A DNA stretch of 64,000 nucleotides from Lama guanicoe. Its lineage: Eukaryota. The stretch covers positions 62,001-126,000 of the forward strand of contig MU056802.1 of NCBI GenBank assembly GCA_013239625.1, given 5' to 3'. The position numbers and the translations under genes were made by a program. The notes below the pieces were generated by a model. It searched no databases. It was given only the letters and a program-made list of their open reading frames with translations, and was not told where the DNA came from. Of this stretch, positions 44,355-64,000 are shown in pieces; position 1 is the first letter of the stretch, and each line of letters opens with the position of its first letter.

Positions 44355-46767
44355 CCTGGCCCCCGCCAGGCCGTCGGGCCTGCTGCTGGACCGCTGGCAC
44401 AGCAGCCGGGCCGGCCTCTGCTCAGGCGACCACAGCGGTGCCCAGACTGTTGGGACAGCCACTGGACTGTTGTCATGGGCATTGGCCAGCCCCCACCCTG
44501 GCCAGGGGCACCTACTTGCCAAGAAGGCTAATATCTCAGCTCATGCCCCCCAAAACAGAGCCCTGAGTGCCGGCTGCAGTGGCAGCCCTGGGGACACTCT
44601 TGACCACCCCTTCAAGGCCCAGGGCCCAGGCAATAAAGCAGAGTGAGCTTTGTTTCGGCGACTCTTCTCCCTTGCTGCTGCCCCTTTTGGGAGGGGTCCC
44701 AGGCTAGACACCACAGGCTGCCAGCCTCTACGGGACATTTGGGGGTGGGGAAGCCATTGTCTCCTGACCACCTAACCTGCACTGCAGGTCTCAGGTCTGC
44801 CCTGAGAAAAGCTGGACAGGCCTGGGTTTGAGCTGCACTGCGTTCCCCGGGCCAAGGCTGAGCCTGGGAGACAGGTCAGTCAGTGGGTCAGACAGCAGGA
44901 GGATGCTGTGTGTGGTCCTGGGTGGGTAGAGCCCAGGAGAAGCCTCCAGGAAGAGGACCAGGGTGGCGGCCAAGTGGTGGGAGGGACCAGCACTGGCAGG
45001 TTTCTGGGAGGGGAGCCCAGGCGGCCAGCACCAAGCCCTGCCCACCTGTGAGTCACTGCCCTACCTCGGCTGGGCATTTTTCTGGTTTCCCTCAAAACAT
45101 CCAATTTCTGAGCAACCGCTGTGTGTGACTCCCTGCTGTCCTGCCTTTGGGGCCCGGGCTTCCTGGCGGGGTGGGTGAGTGGGCAAAGATGTGGGACCAG
45201 ACCCGCCTCCCACCTGTCCAAGCAGCGTAGCACAACTGTGTCAGGGGACATGGGAGGAGCTGAGCAGCTCGGCACCGGGGTGAGGCGAGGATGCTGGTGT
45301 GGAGTGTGAGCTGGGGGGGGGGGCGGCTCTGAGCACCCTTACATTTTTGGGGCTGGGCGGAGAAAGCTGGAGGAGGAAGCTGAGCTGGCCTTGCAGGAAG
45401 GACTGGTCCTGGTGCCGGCCCTCCTCATCCCTGGTGACTGGCCACATGGCAGGACCGGTCTCAGGTATGGGCAGACACATCAGTGGCCTGACTGCAAAGG
45501 GACTCAGGTATGCCAGGATCCAGCCCCTGCCCTATGGCTGGCCCCTACAAGAAGATTGCCCTACCCAGGCCAGCCACAAAAACCCATCTGACCAGTCCAG
45601 GAGGCTGGGGGCAGACTGCTGGGGTGCTAGAAATAAAAAGAGGGCCCCTCTGACCCCTGGCCTTCCCTAGCCGGGCAGAGAGGGTCCTGGAGGTCCTGAC
45701 CCCGTCCCAACCCCTCCCCACACACCCCATTATCCTGTGCACACAGTCCTTGTAAGTGGACTGGCCCAGGGGCTTTTGCCAGGTGGATGCTAGGGGCAGG
45801 CAGCCTCTGATAGGGGCGTCCAGGGCTTCCTACGGTGCCCTCCCCCTCAGGGAGTTTCTGGGTGGTCTGTGTGTTTGTGAGCGGGGATCTCCACACCAGT
45901 GCCTGAAGGCCTCCTTGGAGCCTTGTGGGGCTGGCCACTGCCCCATAATGGGAACACAACAGGCCCAGCCCAGGCAGGGACAAAGGCACTGGGACAAGTC
46001 CACAGGGACATGCACAAAGGCATTGAGCCACGGAGCAGCAGGACCCCTCAGGGCGCTGAACTGGTGGGAGTCCTGGCAGGCTTCCTGGAGAAAGTGATGC
46101 CTGAATTTAAGAGCTTGAACTGAAAGCCAAAAAGCTCTCCCATTGTTGGGGGTAGGGGTTAATGGGACACGAGTGAGCATGAGTGCGCGGGTTTTGGACG
46201 CAGGTCTGGGTGGACAAGGCGAGAAAATGGGCAGTGTTGAGGAGTGACACTGAGGCCTGGGTGAGGGGTTAGTGGAGCGGGGTCTGAGCGTGGACGGGCG
46301 GGGCGGTTGGAATGGGGGGCACCTTATCTCCTGCTGAGTTGGTGGTGCCGATGGATCTAGTTGCAAGCTCTTTGTGGCTGAAAGGGGAGCCCATGTCTGC
46401 CCGCAGCCACCACCTGCCTCCCTGCTGACTGGTCTGTGCTCAACCAGTAACGCGAGCCCCAAGGAGGGAGCCGCAGGGCACCCTGGGTCCCCCCCACCCC
46501 GGCCACCCCGGCCACCCTCTGGCTGGGCATAGGGCACCCAGCAGAGCGGATGCAGGTAAGAGAGGCCTGGGGCTCAGGCAGGCTGGGGTGGGTGGGTGGG
46601 GGCCAGAGATGGTGCGAACAGCAGGCCAGGATGCTGCCCAGCCAGCAGCCACAGGAACCCAGGCTGCACCCAGACCCTGGTGTCTGCTAGCCCCAGTGGC
46701 CACCACTCAGCCTCCAGGTCTGTGGAGGCCTGGGTTCGTGTCCTCTGGGGTGAGCTCCCGGTGCTGA

Positions 46768-47310
<543 letters not shown>

Positions 47311-48884
47311 GCTCCCGGCAGGGGAGCTGCTGCCTGCGCCAGGCCTGCCTCAGAACCTCTGACCACGGCACAGGCAGCCGGGAGCAGCCTGGGGGCAGAG
47401 TGTCCTGGGTGCCACCCCTCGGGGCACAGCCTAAGGCCTGGAGCTGTGCCCAGAGTACCAGGAGACTCTGCAGAGGCTGGAATCCCAGCCAGGATTCCCA
47501 GGCCCCTGTGTGCAACAGGGGGTGGGGCACTGCTGTCAGAGTCTCGCTTGGACCAAATGCAGGGCATGGCTCCTGAAAGGGTCTGATGGCCAGTCCCTGG
47601 GGTCTGGGCTGCAGGTCGGAGGGCCAGAGCCCAGAAAAGGCTAGTCTTGGTCGTGCTGGAGCAGTTTCCCTCCTCAACAAAGTGTCCCAGAGGTGTGAGC
47701 TGGCAGCGGAGGGAGGGCCACTTCCTTCACCTCTGGCCTGTGAGGCAGCCCTGTGAAGTTCATTCACTCAGCTGAGCTCACTGAGCTCCCACCGTGTGCT
47801 GGATGCTGGTTCAGGAGGGTCGTCTGCAGGCACAGTCACCTCTGTAAAAGGTGTCCAAGGAGCTCCAGGCCCAGTGAGGTGGGGACAGGCCCGAGGTGGC
47901 ACTGCTCAGAGCTGCCACCCACCCCCACACGGGGCTCTCGGCTTCCTTCTACCTCCCAGTGGCCACCATGCAGACTGTTCAAGGGGAGCAAAGCAGGTGC
48001 CGGAGATTACGGATGCAGACACCCACCAACCTGGCTGCAACAGCCCCACCCCCACACAGGAAGGAGCTGTCACTCAGGAGCCCTGGGAGGGCTGCTGGGC
48101 CGGGCCAGGGCAGTGGGTGGCAGGATGGGAGAGACGGACAAGAGAATGTGCTGAGAGGACACTCAGAAACCTCCTTCCAGGGGTCAAAGTCCTCTGGGCA
48201 CAGCGGTCGGTGGGCAGCCAGCAAGGTGTTTGGAAGACTAGGCCTGAGAGGGAGGTGCCCAGCACCAGCAGGGGCAGGAAGGGGACTGACCCCAATAAGG
48301 GGGAGCCCACAAGCAAGAGGGCCTGTCAGGGGTCAGCCGAGGAGAGAACAGATTGGGCCAAGCCTTCTGGTCCAGGTGGGGTCTGGCAGTGGGCTGGGCA
48401 GCAATGAGGCCTGGGGAGGGGCCTCGCCCTCCCACTGGCAACAGAGGCACGGCACCCATGAATGTGACCCTTGCTGGCCACCACTGGGGATGAGCCTGTT
48501 GGGAGCTCTGCCAGGCCCAGCCCTGCCCAAACCCAGACCTGAACTGGATGACCTCCGGGGCTGGTGCCCTCCCGGGTCACATGGAAAGGCCCGCCCTCCC
48601 CACCCAGTTGGTGCCATCTGACTGGGGCAGGAAGACCACGATAAGGTCTGCAAGGCTCAGGGCAGACTTCCTCGGGGTCCCCAGGCCAACCCACCAGAGC
48701 ACCAGCATCCTGCCCGGCCTTGGCAGGCAGCATGTAGTATCCAGTAGTATCACAGAGACGTCTGCTTGTGGACGTCCAGCAGGAAGGGCCAGTTGCTCAG
48801 CCCTGCAACCCCCTGGGTGACAGCGGGACCTGGCCGAGGCAGACACCTGGGGCTTCGAGGGTACCCCTCGGGGGCCTCAGCTCC

Positions 48885-48950
48885 TGGGTAAACATTAATG
48901 GGGCTCAGTACACAGCAGGTCATGTGTGCGCCCAGCGGATCTTTGACCTG
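48885..48950 (+). promoter_or_regulatory. Candidate SLC34A3 promoter (HNF1/FOX-like and HNF4 DR1-like motifs)
   Basis: GGTAAACATTAAT 48887-48899 and GGATCTTTGACCT 48937-48949, just upstream of a putative non-coding exon with donor cag|gtagga near 49005. Confidence 0.45.
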
Positions 48951-49682
48951 CAGCTGCTCCTACCCTGAGTCTCCTCCCCGAAGGTGCCCCTCACTACCCA
49001 CACAGGTAGGAGCTTCTAGAACCAGGGGGGCCCCTGGGGTCAGGGCTGGGTGACCTCCAGGCCCAGGGCTGCGGCTCCCCTCTGAGCCTCCAGATGCTGA
49101 GGGTGAGAGACCAGCTTCGGGGCAGCAGGAGGGAGGGGGGCCTGGGAGTCAAGGTAGGGGCTGGACGGGGGCTCCAGGTCCAGCAGGCTGAGGGGGAGCC
49201 CTGCGGAATGGCTGGGGGCTCCTGAGCCCCTTGTCCTGCGCCCATCAGCGGGCAAAGGGCCCCCACCAGGCAGAGACGTTGCCATCTGGTGTCAAACGCT
49301 AAAGCCTCTGCGGTGACCATTGGCAGTGGCCTCCGTGACCCTTGATAGGAGAGGCCCCCGGCTCCCAGCCACTTCCGGCCCACACCCCAGCACCCTGGGC
49401 TGCCCACCAGGCCTCCTTCCAGCCAGAACCAGCAGTAAAGCTAGGGCTCCCTCACCTCTGCCCCCCTAAGCTGGACCAGGCCTGCCTGACAGCCACTTGA
49501 GGCAATGTAGCCATCCCCCTGTGGATGGAGGAAGGGGAAGGTCACCGAGGCCAACAGCGAGTGGGACGGGAGGACAGCAGTGAGGTACCCTAGAGCCTGG
49601 TGGGGAGGGGGAAGAGCTGTCTCACCTGCACTTTCCCCAGCAGATCTGGACCTGGGCCTGGGTCTGTCCCTGCCTGAAATCC

Positions 49683-54186
<4,504 letters not shown>

Positions 54187-57100
54187 GGGATGGCCACCCT
54201 CCACCCAGCTGACCTCTGGGTGCCCTGGGTGATCCCAGTCACTGCGGACTTGTGAGTCGCCTGGATCACCCTCTTTGCAAATAAACAAGGCAGCACCCAG
54301 GTGTGGGTGGTCTTCCCTTCCGTAACCCAGGGCTAGTCAGGGCCACCAGCGCCCTCCCGCCTCTGCAGGGAGCTGGGGTGAGGCCGCACCCATGCTGACC
54401 CCTAGTGGACACGCGGTGCGGGCGTTGAGCCCAGAAGGGAGCTGGCCGCCCCTGGAGTTGCGGATACACAGCTGACCCTGAAGCCCCAAGCTGTAACTCT
54501 GATCTTCTCAGCAGCCACCAGGGACAGAAGGCCCTAAGCAGCGGACTTGCCACAGCAAGAAGCTGGGGGTCCAGGGAGTCTGGAGGTGGCCGGGGCTTTT
54601 CCTGTGGGTGTAGGAAGGAAGGGTGGCTGGCTTCCACCCACCGCCACCCCAAGGTCACGTGGGCAGCTTCTGTGTGGTCCCGCGCCACCTTCGGCGGCCT
54701 CCCTGGAGGAAGTCATGTGGCCGCAGCGGGGCCAGAGTCCTGCAGGTGCGTGGGGGATTGGGGAGGGGACGGGTAACAACCTGGTGGACCCAAGGCGCCC
54801 TACTTCTCCCCACCACCCTTCTACCTCTCTCTCTCTCCCCCTACAGGGCTGCAGAGCACAGGGCTGTGGGGGTGGGGGGGATGGGGGCAAGCCAGCAAGC
54901 AGTTTCCGGGGTCCGCCGGCCTGCAGGCCTGCAGCTGGCCAGCTGCCAGGGGCACCACCCCGCGGGCCTGGGCAAAGCAGGTGCTCAGTGTTCCCCACCC
55001 AGACCTAGCAGGAAGCAGGTCCTGCAGAGACTCCTGGCAGCCCTCGCCCTAGAGGCCCTTACCTGAGTAAAACACTTCCACTGGGAGGCAAGCGAAGGCC
55101 TCTGGGCCGAGTGCCCACCTGGCAGTGGCCTGCGTGGAGAGGGGGCCGCTCCCGGGCCCCATTCCCCCTCTCAGTGAGCTAGGTTTCCACACAGGAAGGC
55201 TTGTGTGACAGCCAGCCGGTAACCGGACACCTCTGTAGCCCGGGGCTGCCCACAACCCCAGCCCGACCCCACGCCACCCCGGGGACAGAAGCGCGTTCAA
55301 CCTGCACCTCGAACTTGTGCACTGAGAAGGGTGCACAGGCGCAGACCCGCGAGCACAGGGGCTGACCCCGCTCAGGGTCTGATTTGCCCCATGTCTTAGT
55401 TTGCTGGGGCCTCCAGGCACCTCCTTCCTGTCCAGGGATGCTGCCCTGACGGGGCACTTTCCTTCCCAGCCTCCCCCCCAGGTTTGCCTCACCAGACCCA
55501 GTGGGGGAATGGGTGTGAACAGCCAGGAAGATGAGACCAGGGGACCCCAGAACCAGTTACTGCCCACGATCATGTTCTTTCATTTCTCGGGTTCTCTCAG
55601 CGCCCCCATGTCCCCCCGCCCCTCTCAGTCTCCCCTACCCGAGCCTGCCAACAAGCTTCTAAGTCTCCTGAGCCTGAGGCACATCCTGGCCTCAGAAGGA
55701 GGTAGCCACCTGTTCTGAGAGCCACGAGGGGCCTCGTGGGAGGAAGACCCCTGGGGCAGGCTCATGTACCCCTTTTTGGCTTCCCCCCACTTTTGTGACC
55801 TCAGGACGCTCCTGTGGTTCTGACATAAGCCTCACTCCCATGAAAGTCCCCTGAGGAGGGGCTGGGCCTGGCTACTTCCATGGGGACATAATGGGAGCTC
55901 CCCCTCTCCTCAGTGGTAAGGCGGGGAGAGGGGAAGAAAGTGCCCCATGCACCTCTCCTTCCGGGAGCGAGTGAGGCCGCCCACAAAGGCTGACTCCTGG
56001 GTCCTTTGAGGCCGCAAACAACAGTGCCTGGCGGTAAGGCACCCTCCCGCTGGGACCATGGCCACCCGTAAACAGACCTGTCCTTATGGATGCCTCCAGC
56101 AGCTGCAGGCTGGGGCGGGAGGGCCAGGTGCCTAGCACTCCCACTGCCCCAGCCCAGGCTTCCCTGTGTGTCTGGCCCTCTCTGCCTGGCATCCCACCAG
56201 GCCACAGACCCCCCTGCCCCACGCAGGGCCACCTCTCTACACTGTGTCACCACATAATCTCTATTTTGTTACTTGTAAAGTGGGGATGCCACAGGGAACT
56301 CCCAGCCCACCCATCACAGGAAGCAGAGGTCTTTTCCAGTGGGGGTCTCAGGCAGGAGTGGGAGGGGAAGAAGAAAGGCTTTGATACACATTTCAAAGAC
56401 AACCTCAGCAGGCTCGTGCCAGCTCCCTTGGAGAAAAGTCTGAGCTGCTCCTTTGCTCAGTGATTTGTGGACTTGTGACAAGACCATGCTACCAGGCCCA
56501 AGAGCCTCCCTGCTGCAGTGCCTGGGCCTTGCAGACTGCTGCTTGGGCAGCTGAGCTACTTTGCAGGGCACTGTGAGGACCCAGGGTGCCAGGCAGTGGC
56601 CCTGCACATCCCACTTGCCATGGCCTGGGGCCTACCTTCCTGGAAGGGTGTAAGGGAGGGGGCTGGTACCCGAGGCCCTGCTGGGACCGACCAGCACTTC
56701 CAGGTGCTGACTCACCCTCTGGGTCAGTACTGCAATCCCCACAAGGCAGCTGCAGACCTTTCTCAGAGGACGGGAAGATTAATCTCTATGCCAGCATGCT
56801 GCTTGTCCCAAGGATTTCACTCACCCATTAGGTATACCGTACTACACTGTCCACCGCAGTCTGCCGCGGTGCTGTGGTGTTATAGATTATATGGTGAAGC
56901 AGGGAACACGTCCCCTCCAGAGGGAAATAAATTGCCAAGCATTGCCCCCACCCAACACCCTCAGGCTGTGTAGCAAAGGAGGGTAAGAAGCTCACTGAGA
57001 AAGCCAGAGTCTACAGAGGCCCCAGTGGCCATGGCAAGGGAGACTGTCCAGGGCAGACCCAAGAGTATAGTTCATTATTTTTAAGTTATTATGAAGATAT

Positions 57101-57869
57101 ACCAAAAATGTACTGTTTTTAAAATGATTGATTAAAGGTGTGATTACATGTAATTTAACTGTTTCTCCTTTACAAGTTCTCCCACTCCCCAAACTAAAAT
57201 CAAGGAGAAGTAAAAGCATTTGTCCACCCAGGTGTCCTGATCCGTGGCTGCCCAGAGGGCTGGGCGCCGTCCTCGTTTCCACGCAGCTCTGTGCGCCCCT
57301 GGGGCCAAGGCACCAAGGTGATGGGCGCGGCGCCAGCGTCGTCTCCACAACAAGCGGCTGCAGGGCAGGGCAGGGCCCTCGCCCCGCCCTGCCCTCCTCT
57401 CCCCACCCGCCCCCACCTCTCCCCTCCTCCACCCCTCCTCCCCCGCCCGGCGCATAGGCCCCGCACGCTCCCTCACCTGCCCGCGACGGGAGCGGGCGTG
57501 CGGACCAAGGAGAGGAGCAGGGGGCAGCGAGGCTTCCGCCACCCTGCGGAGAGGGCCTCAACTCCACCGACACGCCCGCCCCGGCGCCGCCGCCCCTTGG
57601 CCCCTGAGCCCTGTGCGTCCCTGCTGTGAACGGCCCCGCACCCCTCCACGGCTGGGACACCCCGCAAAGTGCGCCGCGCAGGCCTCGAGAAGGCGCACGG
57701 CGGGGACCGGGTCTGCGCGCTCGCCCACGGGGCACGGCGCCGCCTGCCTTTCCCGGCCCTCGGGCCGGCCCTCCCTCCTCCGCTGCCCGGCCCCCGCCCG
57801 CGCCCAGAGCCTACGGCCCCGCCCGCGCGGGTCCCCGAGGCACTGCGGCGGTTACCAGGACGCTGGCCC

Positions 57870-58160
57870 CGCGCAGCCAATAGCGCCAGCCTGTCGGCGT
57901 GCCCTCCGAAACCAGCCAATGAAAGGACAAATCAATCATTTGAAACACCCAATGGACAGAGCACCGCAAAGCGAGGGGGGGATTTTGATTGGGAGAGCAA
58001 AGGCCGCGGCTGCCCAATCAAGAGCGAAAGGCTTCGGAAGGGCGGGCGTTAGGCGGTTCGATTGACAGGGGTGGAGCCAGTCAAACGAGGCCGCTTACCA
58101 GCCTCACTCTGGCAGCCCAATACGAGGGTGGCGGGGGCGGGCCCGGTGGGTATATAAGCA
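57870..58160 (+). promoter_or_regulatory. TUBB4B promoter: CCAAT cluster, CHR-like TTTGAA, GC box, TATA
   Basis: CCAAT at 57877, 57916, 57949, 57988 (reverse), 58014, 58117; TTTGAA 57939; TATATAA 58151. Confidence 0.8.
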
Positions 58161-58181
58161 CCGGCGGTGCGTCGGTTGTAG

Positions 58182-60195
<2,014 letters not shown>

Positions 60196-60344
60196 AGCTG
60201 TCTGGTAGCCGGTAAAGCGTGGAAGCCGTGTGAACTCTTTATTCACTCACAACCTGTTCTCTGATAGCCTTGTCTCCTTGTGTGTGTATTTGTTCTTCCT
60301 GTCTTGACATCACATGCTGTACAGACACCACCATTAAAGCGTTT

Positions 60345-62363
<2,019 letters not shown>

Positions 62364-63621
62364 TCACCTGCAGAATGGGGGTCACAGTAGCACTTGCCTC
62401 CTGGGGCTCCTGAGGCTTGAACAGCAGCACATGCTGAGCATCAGGAATGGGCCTGGCCCCCAGGAGGGGAGCCCAGCTGTCATCACCACTACTGGGGCGC
62501 CATCTCCCCAGCACCCAGCCATCTTCCAACAACGAGGGGCTTAAAGATGAGAGGATGGGCTGTTCTGCCCGCTCAAAGCATTGTAGGGATGGTGATAGGG
62601 TCTGAGTCTGGGGCTGAGGCTCATGGGGCTGACTGTACACATGCTGGTCCCACCAGGGAGGCCTAGAGGGCATTTGGCCCAGAGGCAGAGGCTGGTGGGA
62701 GGGCTGCTGGTGGAAGTTGAGTATCATTAAGTATCAGGGCTAAGCCCGAGGGGTGGCCAGTGAGGGTGGGGGACTGTGTGACACCCATGGGGTGTGAATT
62801 GTTTTCTTTTTAAAAACGATTCAAGTGAATGCAGGTCTGTCAGTTTGTGAGACAAGCAAGGCTGAGATGTGAAAGTAAGAGGCTCTTCGGTGTCACCTCC
62901 CCCAGAAGTTGGGCCCAGTTTCTTCCTGGCCTTTTCCTTTCACATGGATCTGGGTGTGTGCCAGGGCGGGCACATGATGTGGGCCAGGCCCATGTTGGAT
63001 GTGAGGGACACCTAGTGACGCAGCCTGGCACCTGTGCCGTCAGTTTACTGGGCGCTCATCTTGTCTTTAAAATGCAGGGCCCTCCACGACGCCAGAGCCC
63101 ATCATTGACAGCCAGACTCCTGCTGTCGGGCTGTCCCCAGTTTCTGCTCTTGACGGACAGCCTGGCTCCCTGGTATGGGCAGGAGAGGAGGCCTGGGCCC
63201 TTCACTCCTGCTCCAGGCCCTGGCCTCGGCCTCACCCCAACTCACCGGCCTCCCAGGTCCACAGGCCGGTTCCTGCTCAAGGTCCCCACCTTCTGGTCTC
63301 AGCTCCCCGGAGACCAGCTCTGGGGCTCCCCTCACAGCCGGCCTTGAGCCTTCAGGCCCCAGCCCTGCTGCCCTATCCTTGGCGACCCAGCCTTGCTCCA
63401 GCGTTCTGGGGCTTACCCAGGGATATAGTGAGGTTCTGGCGAGAAGAGATTGTGTTTCTGCATGGCTGTCATCTTGCCTCAGCTCTGCCTTGGCTGGCTC
63501 CAGCCCCTCTCCTGCCCGGGCCTGTGCGGCTGGCTCCTCCCAGAGAGGAGTCCCCGTTGCCTGGCAACCATTGTGAAGAGGCCCCGCATTGTTGGGCAGC
63601 ACCTGAGCCAGGCCCCTTCCT

Positions 63622-63675
63622 AAACCCTGTGAGCACTCCCATTTCACGGCTGGGACACTGAGGCCCAGACAGGGC
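63622..63675 (-). mobile_element. MIR SINE core fragment
   Basis: aaccctgtgag...cccatttcacggctgggacactgaggcccagacagg matches the MIR core pattern. Confidence 0.5.
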
Positions 63676-64000
63676 ACAGGTTGGGGACATGGCACACTGA
63701 GGACCTACAGCTTGGAAAATTAGAACTGTAGTTGTGTCTGAGTCGGCCCTGCAAGGAAGCCAGGGGCAGGGCTGGGCCTGGAGCTCTGGACTCTTACTAC
63801 CCATGGAAGGGCAAGAGCCGACTGGAAAACAGCCCTCCTCCTACCCTAAGCCCCTCCTCAGATGAGAGAACCTGGAAGCTTGGAAGGCACTGTCACAAGT
63901 CTCAGCAGTGAGGTTCCTGAGCTGAAGAGCTGCCGGGACTCTGTCCTGGAGGTCTTTCCCCTGGAGCTGGGCTCTATTTTCCATTTTAAACAAACTCTCG

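Noticed and set aside
56800-57210. AT-rich island upstream of TUBB4B
   Set aside because: Probably a degraded old repeat; no RNA-gene or family signature could be assigned.

Overview
GC-rich mammalian genomic DNA with the gene order of human 9q34.3: ANAPC2(-), SSNA1(+), TPRN(-), TMEM203(-), NDOR1(+), an unnamed RING-finger/transmembrane gene(+), RNF208(-), CYSRT1(+), RNF224(+), SLC34A3(+), TUBB4B(+) and the 3' part of FAM166A/CIMIP2A(-). Exons were traced by hand through GT-AG junctions and the phases sum to full-length proteins. The most notable anomalies are: (1) an intact RING-TM reading frame after NDOR1 with no in-frame AUG before the RING but a CUG in strong Kozak context; (2) a frameshifting deletion that fuses NDOR1 exons 12 and 13; (3) an 84-bp in-frame tandem duplication of the TPRN exon 3 splice donor; (4) TUBB4B lacking intron 1; (5) RNF224 and TMEM203 with out-of-frame overlapping upstream AUGs. 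The N runs in TUBB4B keep exact codon register, which suggests a reference-guided consensus, so the lesions need read-level confirmation. Gene and repeat names are from sequence recognition only; no database search was run.
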